From assembly GCF_046119375.1 (NCBI RefSeq), contig NW_027362761.1:754726001-754790000 (forward strand): a stretch of DNA of 64,000 nt, in the 5' to 3' direction. Position numbers and translations under genes: made by a program. A model generated the notes under the pieces. It saw nothing but the letters and a program-made list of their open reading frames with translations, was not told the DNA's origin and made no database searches. Origin of the DNA: Phyllobates terribilis. Taxonomy: Eukaryota. Of the stretch, positions 52,251 through 64,000 are shown piece by piece (position 1 is the first letter of the stretch; each line of letters begins with the position of its first letter).

Positions 52251-53802
52251 CACTGCTCAAAAAAATAAAGGGGACACCTAAACAACAGAATATAACTCCA
52301 AGTAAATCAAACTTCTGTGAAATCAAACTCTCCACTTAGGAAGCATCATTGATTCACAATCAATTTCATATGCTGTTGTGCAAATGGAATAGACAATATA
52401 TGGAAATTATTGGCAATTATCAAGACACACTCAATAAAGGAGTGGTTCTGTGGGGACCACAGACCACATCTCCGTACCAATGCTTTGTGGCTGATGTTTT
52501 GATCACTTTTGAATGTTGGTTGTGCTTTCACACTCGTGGTAGACGGACTCTACAACCCACAGAAGTTGCTCAGTTAGTGCAGCTCATCCAGGATGGCACA
52601 TCAATGCGAGCTGTGGGAAGAAGGTTTGCTGTGTCTATCAACGTAGTGTCCAGAGGCTGGAGGCGCTACCAAGAGACAGGCCAGTACACCAGGAGACGTG
52701 GAGGGGGCCGTAGGAGGGCAACAACCCAGCAGCAGGACCGCTACTTCCGCCTTTGTGCAAGGAGGAACAGGAGGAGCACTGCCAGAACCCTGAAAAATGA
52801 CCTCCAGCTGGCCACAAATGTGCATGTGTCTGCACAAACGGTTAGAAACCGACTCCATGAGGGTGGTATGAGGGCCCGACGTCCACAGATGGGGGTTGTG
52901 CTTACAGCCCAACACCATGCGGGACGCTTGGCATTTGCCACAGAACACCAGGATTGTTGCCACTGGCGTCCTGTGCTCTTCACAGATGAAAGCAGGTTCA
53001 CACTGAGCACATGTGACAGACGTGACAGAGGCTGGAGACGCCGTGGAGAGCGATCTCTTGCCTGCAACATCATTCAGCATGACCGGTTTGGCAGTGGGTC
53101 AGTAGTGGTGTGGGGTGGGATTTCTTTGGAGGGCCGCACAGCCCTCCATGTGCTCGCCAGAGGTAGCCTGACTTCCATTAGGTACCAAGATGAGATCCTC
53201 AGACCCCTTGTGAGACCATATGCTGGTGCGGTTGGCCCTGAGTTCCTCCTAATGCAGGACAATGCCAGACCTCATGTGGCTGGAGTGTGTCAGCAGTTCC
53301 TGCAAGATGAAGGCATTGAAGCTATGGACTGGCCCGCCCGTTCCCCAGACCTGAATCCGATTGAGCACATCTGGGACATTATGTCTCGTTCCATCCACCA
53401 ACGTCACATTGCACCACAGACTGTCCAGGAGTTGGCGGATGCTTTAGTCCAGATCTGGGAGGAGATCCCACAGGAGACCATCCGCAACCTCAACAGGAGC
53501 ATGCCCAGGCATTGTAGGGAGGTCATACAGGCACGTGGAGGCCACACACAATACTGAGCCTCATGTTGACTTGTTTTAAGAACATTACATCAAAGTTGGA
53601 TCAGCCTGTAGTGTGTGTTTCCCCTTTATTTTTGGGGGTGACTCCAAATCCAGGCCTCCATTGGTTAATAAATGTGATCTCCATTGATGATTTTTGTGTG
53701 ATTTTGTTGTCAGCACATTCAACTTTGTACAGAACAAAGTATTCAATGAGAATATTTCATTCATTCAGAACTAGGATGTGTTATTTGAGTGTTCCCTTTA
53801 TT
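52251..53802 (+). mobile_element. Tc1 transposon family G nested in the left IR of family F; right TIR clipped
   Basis: TA then CACTGCTCAAAAAAATAAAGGG; the right end stops at GTGTTCCCTTTATT; host sequence resumes afterwards. Confidence 0.92.
52349..53557 (+). CDS. Uninterrupted Tc1 DD34E transposase reading frame
   Basis: HTH-like N-terminus, [30 protein letters not shown]; 34 residues between the second D and the E. Confidence 0.85.
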   Translation: MIHNQFHMLLCKWNRQYMEIIGNYQDTLNKGVVLWGPQTTSPYQCFVADVLITFECWLCFHTRGRRTLQPTEVAQLVQLIQDGTSMRAVGRRFAVSINVVSRGWRRYQETGQYTRRRGGGRRRATTQQQDRYFRLCARRNRRSTARTLKNDLQLATNVHVSAQTVRNRLHEGGMRARRPQMGVVLTAQHHAGRLAFATEHQDCCHWRPVLFTDESRFTLSTCDRRDRGWRRRGERSLACNIIQHDRFGSGSVVVWGGISLEGRTALHVLARGSLTSIRYQDEILRPLVRPYAGAVGPEFLLMQDNARPHVAGVCQQFLQDEGIEAMDWPARSPDLNPIEHIWDIMSRSIHQRHIAPQTVQELADALVQIWEEIPQETIRNLNRSMPRHCREVIQARGGHTQY

Positions 53803-55903
53803 ATATAGTCATTTCAAACAGAGTGATCTACAGTATTTCAAGTGTTTATTTCTGTTAATGTTGATGATTATGGCTTACAGCCAATGAAAACACAAAAGTC
53901 ATTATCTTAGTAAGTTAGAATACGTTATAACAGCTTGAAAAATATTTTTAAAATCTGAAATGTTGTCCTACTGAAATGTATGTTCAGTAAATGCACTCAA
54001 TACTTGGTCGGGGATCCTTGCATCAGTTACTGCATCAATGCGGCGTGGCACGGAGGCGATCAGCCTGTGGCACTGCTGAGGTGTTATGGAAGCCCAGGTT
54101 GCTTTGATATCAGCCTTCAGCTCGTCTGCATTGTTGGGTCTGGTGTCTCTCATCTTCCTCTTGACAATACCCCATAGATTCTCTATGGGGTTAAGGTCAG
54201 GCGAGTTTGCTGGCCAATCAAGCACAGTGATACTGTTGTTTTTAAACCAAGTATTGGTACTTTTGGCAGTGTGGACAGATGCCAAATCCTGCTGGAGAAT
54301 GAAATTTCCATCTCCATAAATCTTGACGGCAGAGGGAAGCATGAAGTGCTCTAAAATTTCCTGGTAGACGGCTGCGCTGACTTTGGTCTTGATAAAACAC
54401 AGTGGACCTACACCAGCAGATGACATGGCTCCCCAAACCATCACTGATTGTGGAAACTTCACACTAGATTTCAAGCAGCTCAGATTGTGTGTCTCTCCAC
54501 TCTTCCTCCAGACTCTGGGACCTTGATTTCCAAATGAAATGCAAACTTTACTTTCATCTGAAAACAACACCTTGGACCACTGAGCAACAGTCCAGGTCTT
54601 TTTCTCCTTGGCCCAGGTAAGACTCTTTTGGCATTGTCTATTGATCATGAGTGGCTTGACATAAGGAATGCGACACTTGGAGCCCATGTCCTGGATACGT
54701 CTGTGTGTGGTGGCTCTTGAAGCAGCGACTCCAGCAGCAGTTCCACTCCTTATGAATCTCCCCCAAGTTTTTGAATGGCCTTTTCTTAACAATCCTTTCA
54801 AGGCTGCGGTTATCCTGGTTGCTTGTGCACCTTTTTCTACCACACTTTTTCCTTCCATTCAACTTTCCATTAATATGCTTGGATACAGCACTCTGTGAAC
54901 AGCCAGCTTCTTTAGCAATGACCTTTTGTGGCTTACCCTCCTTGTGGAGTGTGTCAGTGACTGCCTACTGGACACCTGTCAAGTCAGCAGTCTTCCCCCA
55001 TGATTGTGGAGCCTACTGAAACAGACTAAGGGACCTTTTAAATGCTTAGGAAACCTTTGCAGGTGTTTTTTGTTAATTATTCTAATTTACTGAGATAATG
55101 ACTTTTGTGTTTTCATTGTCTGTAATCCATAATCATCAACATTAACAGAAATAAACACTTGAAATAGATCATTCTGTTTGTAATGACTCTATATTATGAG
55201 TTTCACTTTTTTTATTGAAGTACTGAAATAAATTAACTTTTTGATGATATCCTAATTTAGTGAGAAGCACTTGTACATACACTATTCCTCCCCACTTCTC
55301 TGGAGGAGGGGGCCAGCTATAGTACTGATTCAGGAGTTCAGCAAGATACATGGCCCCATCATCTTCACCATCAGAAGTAATCTGGGGAGCAGGGATAGCT
55401 AGGGCACCCATAGCGTTAAAGACAAGGAATCTGACTCGTGTAATCTGACAACAGAGACGTGAGACATTGATGTTGCTCAAGAGGAAACTGCTGGTGGCTC
55501 AGTGCAACAGGTGAAATAGTTGTGTGAAACTTCTTTACTTTTTTTAAAGGGATAGTTTTACTCCTTTAAAGGGGGTCACGGTTTTTATAGGCTTGTTCTC
55601 CTCTTATCTTCAGGAGGGCTTGCTCCCCAGCCTCCTGGATTTTAGCTTCCTGGAGGTTGGTGCACTACTTATTCATTGACAGCTCAGACCAGCAGCATTG
55701 TTGTGCCGATGGCCCGAACTGTCGTCTCTTCTGCTGCAATCAAAGGCAGCTTTGCTTCTCCAGCATTGGAGGGACAATGAAGCTGACCAGATCCAGAGAA
55801 ATGGCCAGTTTGAGAGCAGTGCTTACAATCTCTGTAGAATAAAGCTGCTGTGCTCCTTGCCGCTACCAATAGACTGATCTTTTCTGGGTTTTCTGTTTTG
55901 CAG

Positions 55904-56032
55904 AGGTTTGAAAAAGAAAATGCCAAAGCAAACTGCGATATGATTGACAAGGCCACGAACCCAAGTAGGCCCATAACCTCTCAAAGCCTGATGGACGTTG
56001 ATATGAGAAACTATGGAAGCCGCAAAAAACAC
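55904..56032 (+). CDS. Candidate exon paralogous to 43901-44008 (RFEKENAK...PSRPITSQSLMDVDMRNYGSRKKH), 129 nt, phase 0
   Basis: Near-identical acceptor (TTTTCTGTTTTGCAG), shared CCCAAGTAGG.CCATAACCTCT.AAAGCCTGATGGAC; weak donor CAC|GTGTAT. Confidence 0.38.
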
Positions 56033-56832
56033 GTGTATAGAAGATACAGTCTGAGCTGGAGAAATTTCTCTTTTATATTCCCGTTTACTTTCAGAGCAAA
56101 TCTGGATTTTGAAAGTCTTTATAGAAAACTAACCCAGGCTATACCCAAGCTTGACTATATATTCACTAATGGCCAAGTTAATTTATCATCAGGCATTTCT
56201 TCTTCGTTCAGTTCACTAAGATCCGCAAGAGCCAAAAGTGTTTTTTCATCTTCACTGTCAATGAAACCTGGGAGAGTAACTGAATCTATAATTGGTACCT
56301 CGAAACCATTTTGTGATAACTCGCTGCCTTTGGAAGAATTCAGCTTAATTCTTAATCCAGATTAATTATGTAAGTTCTTTCTAATGTTTGAGATTTTTTT
56401 TATCAAATCAAATATGAAATATTTTAAAAGTAAGCTAGATAGCTGTTAGACACACATTCAGCTCTAAGACATAGCATTTTCTGGTGGATTTTGCCCTGAA
56501 AATCAGCAGCCAATGTCAGTGCAGTATATATGAGTAGGGTCATCAGGAATTGCTGTACTTTAAAATGTGAAACTTTCCTACTTTATGCAATTGCAATGAT
56601 TACTTACAGTACAAGTACAATACATTTTTGACCCTGATACAATATGTTTGATACCTTGTTCATATGCAATATTTCCTTTTTTTATATAAGTAAGCAGGTT
56701 ATAGATTTCTTTTTCAGCTGATTTTTAAGGTAACCCCTTTAAAATTAAACCTTTATTTTGTGAGAGAACATACTCCATCTAGTCTCACACCTCCAGTTTC
56801 ATTGTGATCAGATAACACTGCTGGGCAGAGTA

Positions 56833-58685
56833 CCGTATTTTTCGGACTATAAGACGCACCAAATCATATGACGCACCTAGATTTTAGAGGAGGAAAATAG
56901 AAAAAAATTGTAGGCAAAAAATGTGGTCATGATGCACTGTTATGGGGGAGGGGGTCTGCTGCTGACACTGGTATAGGGGCAATGTCCGCCAATTCTGTTG
57001 TTATCCTCCATCCTAGTATATATGGCCCTTCCTTCCTGTTATACGTGGCCCCCATCCTGGTGTGCATGGCACCCCAATCCACCATCCTGGTATGCATGGC
57101 GCCCCAATCCACCATCCTGGTATGCATGGCGCCCCAATCCACCATCCTGGTTTGCATGGCACCCCAATCCACCATCCTGGTATGCATGGCACCCCAATCC
57201 ACCATCCTGGTATGCATGGCTCTCCTCATCTCTCATCCCTCTTCCTGGTTTGCATGGCACCCCTCATCCTGGTATGCATGGCTCCCCTCATCTCTCATCC
57301 CTCTTCATTGTATGCATGGCACCCCTCATCCTGGTATACATGACACCCTTCATCTCTCATCCCTCACCCTGGTATGCATGGCTACCCTTATCCCCCTTCC
57401 TGGTGTGTATGGTCCCCCTAATCCTTCTTCCTGGCATGTATGGTCCCCCTTATCCTTCTTCCTGGCATGTGGCCCCCCTCATCCTTCTTCCTGGCATGTA
57501 TGGCCCCCCTTATCCTTCTTCTTCCTGGAATGTATGGCCCCCCTCATCCTTCTTCCTGACATGTATGGCCTCCCTCATCCTTCTTCATGGCATGTATGGC
57601 CCCCCTCATCCTTTTTCTTCCTGGCATGTATGGCCCCCCTCATCCTTCTTCCTGGCATGTATGGCTTCCCTCATCCTTCTTCCTGGCATGTATGGCCCCC
57701 CTCATCCTTCTTTTTCCTGGCATGTATGGCCCCCCTCATCCTTCTTTTTCCTGGCATGTATGCCCCCCCTCATCCTTCTTCTTCCTGGCATGTATAGCCC
57801 CCCTCATCCTTCTTCCTGGCATGTATGGCCCCCCTAATCCTTCTTCCTGGCATGTATGGCCCCCCTCTTCCTTCTTCCTGGCATTCTAGACACCCCTGAT
57901 CCCATGCTGCACACACTAGTTCTACTCACCTTTCTTCCCAGTGTTCCAGCGCTGTGTCCTCCTCTGCAGCCAGCACTGATCTCAGTGTGAGCCGCGCATG
58001 GCGATGATGCCATGCGCCCTCACACTGTGTGATGCTGTGCCGGAAGAGTCACTGCTCCCTACACCTGGACTGTGTGAGTGAGGAGCAGTGACCATTCATT
58101 ATCTCTAATAGCGCTCACACTGTACCGCAGCGTGGCTCCTGCAGCAGCCGGTGGTCAGCGTTCCCGATATTAAAGTCCATGAATATTCTCTGCAACTCAC
58201 TCCCATGGGTTGTAGTGAATATTCATGATCTTCAATAGCACGCACACTGTAGCCGCAGTGCGGCTCCTGCAGCAGCCGGCGGTCGGTGTGCCCACTATTA
58301 AAGTTCATGCATATTCACTACAACCCATGGGAGTGGGTTGTAGAGAATATTCATGGTCTTTAATAGCGGGCACACTGACCGCCGGCTGCTGCAGGAGCCG
58401 CACTGTGGCTACAGTATGCGCTATTAAGGAAAATGAATATTCAGTGCTCCCCACCCCTATGGGCGTGGGGAGCAGTGAATATTCATAATATTTAGTAGCG
58501 GGCACAGTGTAGGCTGCAGCAGACGGCTTCTGCCTGCTGTGCCCGCTCAACCACCACTGTTTCTCCCCCACACCACCCACAGCCACCATATATAGTCCAT
58601 ATACATTCGGTCTAAAAGACTCACCCCCCACTTTCCTCCAAAATTTTGGAGGAAAAAAGTGCGTCTTATAGTCCGAAAAATACAG
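56833..58685. mobile_element. Non-autonomous TcMar (Tc2/pogo-like) element carrying a minisatellite
   Basis: TA-flanked CCGTATTTTTCGGACTATAAGACGCAC with its inverse GTGCGTCTTATAGTCCGAAAAATACAG. Confidence 0.85.
57050..57890. repeat. ~30-bp minisatellite (CCCCAATCCACCATCCTGGTATGCATGGC, then CCCCCTCATCCTTCTTCCTGGCATGTATGG)
   Basis: Tandem units visible. Confidence 0.95.
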
Positions 58686-59439
58686 TATTTTTCACATTTC
58701 TGTTCATATCCCTAAATGCCTATTGGTGGGAAGTTTTTTTTATTTGTGATAGTATTTAAACTTGATGCGTAATAATAAAGCAGAAATCTTGCTCGGTACA
58801 ATATGTTAAGGTTGTGTTTGATTTCTCAAGTGCTCATAAGCACAACTTAAAGAGGCACTCCCATCAAAGTTTTTATCCTCTTAATATATTACAATCATCA
58901 TATTATATAGCACTGTGTACTTACAATTGCTCATTTTGACTTCCTACCCAGCTAATTATTCTCTTTTCTCTGGTCTTTAAAGAAACAGGAAGTCTCTTTT
59001 TCCCTACAGAAATCATTCCCCACTTCAACGCCTGTCCCAGCTGTTCTGTTAACAGCGGGAGTGGCGATCGGATGAGAGGAGCAGTAGTCCTCTCCCGACC
59101 CGGGTACCACCCGCACCACTTTTCAGCCGCAAATTTGCGGCCATTGGCTTTAATTGAAACGCAGCAAATCCACAGGTATAGACATTATACCTGCGGGTTT
59201 GTTGCGATTCAATGCAAGTCAGTTGTTGCGAATTTGCGGGCGGGATCGCGCAAGAAATGGTCATGCTGCGGTTTTTAACGCAATGCAAATCCGGAGCAGA
59301 TGTTTCCGCATCATGTGCACAGCACATCCGGATTAGCATTGCTATACCTGGAAGACCTATTAACAAGCGTTTTTGCAGCGGTAAAACTGCCGCGAAAACG
59401 CATCAAAAACGCTTCGTGTGCACTTAACCTAATGGAAGT

Positions 59440-61130
59440 AATTGCTATCAGTAAAGCAACCTACCAGGAGAGGAACAGCAGGGAAAGGTCTGTAAGGTGT
59501 CAAGGACCAGGATGAGATCCCGCTTATCCATGAAAGACCAGTAAAGAAGGGACTATGTGAGCCACACCTTGAAGGAAAGAGCTGTTTAGGAGTCTAAAGC
59601 CAGATGATTATGAAAAGGTGTAAACAGTGCAGAATCCTGTCTCATGAGGGATCTGAGAGACAGTCCTAACTCAAGACCCGGCTGCAAGAAGACCCTGGAG
59701 ACAGAAGAGCATAAAGGTGACAAGGTTGGATACTCTCCAACCAAAAAGAAACCTTCCAAATACAAAGAGAGCAATGTGACAAGGAAGACATCCATACTCT
59801 AATCATAGTCAGGATGATCGAAGAAAACTGAAGATTCAACAGCCATACCATTAAAGGGAGTGTCCATGAGTACGTGTGTAAGATGGGACCATATAAAAGT
59901 AAGTCTGGACGATCTGGCAGTCTTAATGTAGCATCTGCAGGACAGGAAGATTGATTCTGCATACCAGGATCTTCTGCACCAGTCCAAGGCAACGAGAATA
60001 ACAGGAACCCCTTCGACTTGATCCTTTTGAGTAATTTGGTTCAATCTAAATGGTATCAGACTTCTGAAGTCTCCCAGTGGAGACAAATGTGGAGGAAGAC
60101 ATTAGATGGAGAGACCACTTCCCTGTGGATATCCCTTCATGATTTAGTGGTCCACTGTGGGTATGTGGATTAATGAGATTGCAGTAATTCTTTGTGCTGC
60201 TGAAACCAGAATCCGAGAGATCTCTGCCATAGCTTTACGATTTTGCGTTCCATATTTATGGTTGGTGCCACAGCGGTGGTATTGCTGAACTGGATCCGGA
60301 TGGCTAAACTTGACAGCTGGTCTGGCCAAGGACGTTGAAAGTTTCGTGATTCAACCAGTGCCCCTGAATATTGTACTTCTAGAAGACCGCTACCCATAAG
60401 GAAGACTGGCATCTATCGTCACGATCTGCCAATGAATCAGAAGAGAGCAAGCGAAATGTATGAATGAGGAGTATTGCCACCAGATCAGTGATTGCCTGAT
60501 GCATAGATTTGGGGGACAGGGTGATTCAAGATAGACAGGTTTGTCCCGATGAAAGAAGAGGGCAAGCGGCAGGGTTCTGCTATGGAACTGAGCAAAGAAA
60601 ATTACCTCAATGGACGCCATCATATTACCCAGGATTCTCATGCAGAAACGGGGGTAAATGAGGGATGCCTGAGGGAACAGAAACCAGTTTGAAGAGCAGA
60701 CATCTTGTCCCCTATTAAGAATACTTTCACTTAGACCGTATCAAACAGTATCTTCAGAAAAACAAGATGTTGAACAGGAATCAAAGACTGATTAGTTGAC
60801 AAACCAACCGAAGCAATTGTGTCCTGGGTGATAAGCAAACTCGAGATTCTCTAAGTAAAAGGGAGCCTTGGTAAGAATGTTGTCCAAGTAGGGTACTACA
60901 ATGATTCCCCTGAGGGCATGACTGCAACCATGACCTTTGCAAACACCCTGGGATGGCTTGCAAAACAAAGGCACTTTTGGTGAGCTGAAAAAATAGGAAT
61001 GTGGAGATTAGCGTTATGGATATCCACTGAGCATACAAATTCCCTGGGTTCTATGGCTACAAAGAACAAAGAGACAACATCCTGAAGCGGCATAGTCATG
61101 TCAGTTTGTTCAAAAGTTCAGGTCCGTGAT
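59440..61130 (-). mobile_element. Degraded DIRS1-type tyrosine-recombinase retrotransposon fragment
   Basis: RT-like SVDIHNANLHIPIF and PYLDNIL, RNase H-like VTIDAS, VILVALDWCRRSWYA, recombinase N-terminus-like FLQPGLELGLSLRSL, in DIRS order. Confidence 0.8.
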
Positions 61131-63479
61131 GGGATGAACCGAAAAGTGCTCCTGTGCAGGAACTGAAGCACTAACACTAGTGGAAGGAGTGAGACTGTGA
61201 AAGACGAGATTTGGAAAAAAAAACATGCATGTGAGCACTTAGACAACTCTTCTGAACCTTTTCTCCGCCTTACTGGAGGATCACGCAGATACTCTGCTAA
61301 TGTGGGAGGCGGAGATTACCTCTCTGATCCAAGTGTCATGACTGCTGGGGGCCACGGGTCCCAGAAGAGTAGAAGATAACAGCACACCCAATAAAGGCTC
61401 GTCAGACAGGTGAGCAATATGGTGGTTTATTATTTTAGTTTTTTTTTCAGGTGACATTGGCTTCAGTGGATTATCTGATCTTCAGACAGGTGAGTATAAG
61501 TTTGCTTTTTTATTTCAATAAAGGAGTCTGTGTCATCATTTCAAATAAAAGACTTTATTCTGAGTGTTTTTTTTTTACAATTTAACTCAGGTTAGTAATG
61601 GGGGAATCATATAGACTGATCTCCATTACTAACCCCTGGGCTTGATGTCAGCTGCCAATACAAAGCAGATATCAACCCCAACCCTATTATACCACTTGCC
61701 CCCGCACTAGGGCAAGTGGGAAGAGTGGAGGCTAAGCGGCAGCATTGGTGTATCTTATGGATGCTCCTTTTCTGGGGCGGCTGAGAGCTGATGTTTTTAG
61801 TTTGGGAGGGGGCCAATATCCATGGCCCCATCCGAGCCTATTAATATCAGCCCACAGCTGTCTGCCTAGCCTTTGCTGGTTGTTAAAATAGGGAATCCAC
61901 ATCTTTTTTTTTTTTGAAGGGGGGACGGAGGGGGATTGTCCCATATTTTAATAACCAGTAAAGGCTAAGTAAACAGCTGTGAGCAGATATTGATAGCCTG
62001 GGAACCTCCATGGGCATTACCACCTTTCCAGGCAATAAACATCAGCCCCCAGCGGTCCGCTTTCCCTCTGCTGGTTAATAAAATTTGAGGGGATCCCACG
62101 CCATTTTTTTCTGAAATTTATTTATTACTAAAATACATGTACAGTAAGCTACACACCCAAAGCACTGATTATATATCTCACCTATTTCTATCTTTTATCT
62201 ATTTAGCAATCTATATATGTTTAGAAGAATATTTCCTTTGAAAACTATCTTTAAATGACAGAGAATTTCTCTATGTAAAAGCTGTTAAAATTGCATCGCA
62301 TACAGATTGCATTCACATGTCATTCGGAATCTAGGTGAGAAAAATCGCATTGTACTCTCATGAAAATCACATGACACTCGTCCAACTTTTTAGGAACAAC
62401 ATCCATCCTATTCTTTTTTAGCGGTGATGGGTATGAGCCCTAAGTGTAATTCTTAGTGGTAGCCTCCTGGATGCAGCAACATAAACCCATGGTTTTCTGT
62501 GTCCCAATGAAACGACCCAAGAAATTTACATCATTTTGAGTAAGAGTTTGATGCCTCTGTCTTCCTCAGTGCTGAGGTCTCTCCTCGATACGATAGGACC
62601 CTCTCCTTTCTTCAAATATGTATAACGTTAGAGCAGTGTTGCCGGCTTTGCACTTATCTGTACTGTAAACTGCAGTCACATTTGAGATTGCATATCCAGT
62701 GTTTATTAGGTACAGTAGTAATGGACACAAATTTTGGGGAAGGTGGAATGGAGTGAGCAGCACGACTTCTCTCCACCAGACCTCTCTTATGAGCAGACGC
62801 CAGTGGCCTTGTGATCTGCTTCCGTACCCAGAGGTACACTTACTACCATCCCCCTACTGCATTGATGATTCTATGTTTCTGGGTGATCAAGGTTTACCCA
62901 TAGTTGGGAAATTTCTTGATAGTGGGCTTGCTGAAGCCCAGAGACCTGGGTGTCCCAGTCAGCACAGGTAGGGAGACCCACTGCTAGGATGCTGGAGCTC
63001 TTTGTGGAGGATGGGCACTATTCTTAGGGTTTATTTAACACCTTCACCCCCCAGCTTGTTTTTCATGACAAGGCCAAATTTTACAATTCTGACCAGTGTC
63101 ACTTTGTGGTTATAACTCTGCAACGTTTCAACAGATCTCAAATATTCTAAGATTTTTTTCGTGCCGTATTGTACTTCACGATAGTGGTAAAATTTGTTTG
63201 ATATGACTTGCGTTTATTTGTGAAAATATCTGAAATTTGGTGAAAATTTTGAAAAATGTCCCAATTTTCAAACTTTTAATTCGTATGCCCTTAAACCAGA
63301 GAGTCATGTCATGCAAAATATTTAATAAATAACATTTCCTACATGTCTACTTTACATCAACATAATTTTTTTGATGTTAGGAAGTTGGGTTAAAAGTTGA
63401 TCAGCAATTTCTTTTTTTTCCAACAAAATTTATAAACAACTCCTTGTCATACCCCACACTTGGCACCGATAAAATAAAA

Positions 63480-63878
63480 AAAAGCTTATACTCCCCTCCC
63501 ATGCTGGCGCCGTTCCTGTGGTATCGGCACTCACTCTCTCTTGGGCTCTCGTGCTATTGTTGTGACACGTGACCCTGGTGCCCAAACAGCGCTGGTGTCA
63601 CTGTCCCCACCTCCTGTTGAATCAAACATGAAGAGGAACTCAGAGATCAGCTGCAGCCCGGACTTCCTCTTCATGTTTGATTTGAATAAATGCAGGGACA
63701 GTGACGCTAGTGCTGATTGGGCGCCGGGGTCACGTGGCAAGACAACTGTACGAGAGCCCCAGGACCGAGAGTGCTGGAATGGGGCCAGCATGGGAGGTGA
63801 GTATAGGGTTTTTTATCATATTGGGGCCAAACATTTAGATCAAGAAGGGGTTGTCCATGTAATGGGCAACCCCTTTAA
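63480..63878. mobile_element. Palindromic T2-type MITE ending in GGCAACCCCTTTAA
   Basis: Inverted arms at about 63540-63610 and 63695-63770; TTAA terminus at 63875-63878. Confidence 0.6.
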
Positions 63879-64000
63879 CTTTTCGTATGTTTCATAGAAA
63901 TGAAAGCAATGTGGAAAGAAAAAAAAAATTTTTATTATTTTTTTTTACAAAAATTTGACTTTAGCCCAAATTTTTTTTATTTTCACAAGGGTAACAGGAG

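Larger units (their letters stand above)
52170..55273 (-). mobile_element. Tc1 transposon family F, hosting a second Tc1
   Basis: TA-flanked CAAGTACTTCTCACTAAATTAG with its inverse; transposase 53968-54862 with [29 protein letters not shown]. Confidence 0.94.

Noticed and set aside
55850-56365. 171-aa ORF as a single-exon gene
   Set aside because: It begins in a splice-acceptor tract and runs through the candidate exon into Ser/Phe-rich sequence; the acidic minus-strand stretch (GFIDSEDEK..EEEMPDD) has no start or acceptor and I could not assign it.
56982-57889. 271-aa and 279-aa Pro/Trp-rich ORFs
   Set aside because: Overlapping minisatellite translations inside a MITE.
62560-62990. Possible retroviral env remnant on the minus strand (HKRGL.., HWICNLKCDC)
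   Set aside because: Only a furin-like tetrapeptide and cysteines, many stops, no LTR or pol nearby; not supportable without a database search.

Overview
Repeat-saturated vertebrate genomic DNA, most likely a frog (inference from the TTAA/T2-type MITEs, MITE-borne minisatellites and the L1, Gypsy, DIRS and Tc1 mix). It is not prokaryotic, and I see no CRISPR array, rRNA or tRNA gene. Contents: (1) a decayed L1 (1-10510) whose endonuclease is split by a full-length chromodomain Gypsy (1760-6737, TSD CTAAT); (2) a four-level nest at 16.2-26.9 kb: minisatellite > non-autonomous tRNA-Leu-primed LTR element > minus-strand Gypsy > solo LTR, each junction with a visible TSD; (3) eight Tc1 copies from seven TIR families; (4) a hAT transposase remnant split by a 2.6-kb solo LTR; (5) a DIRS remnant, several MITEs and tandem arrays; (6) a few candidate phase-0 host exons, including a duplicated exon pair. 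Best signals: both Gypsy elements have a PBS complementary to their own predicted transcript 5' end (Tf1/sushi-type self-priming, 11/11 bp in one); a probable hAT terminus supplies an in-frame splice donor to an exon it interrupted; a ~60-copy 34-bp satellite is derived from a MITE terminus; perfect splice donors recur inside MITE-like repeats. I cannot support a wholly new biological system; these are the candidates worth testing. All counts and alignments were made by eye.
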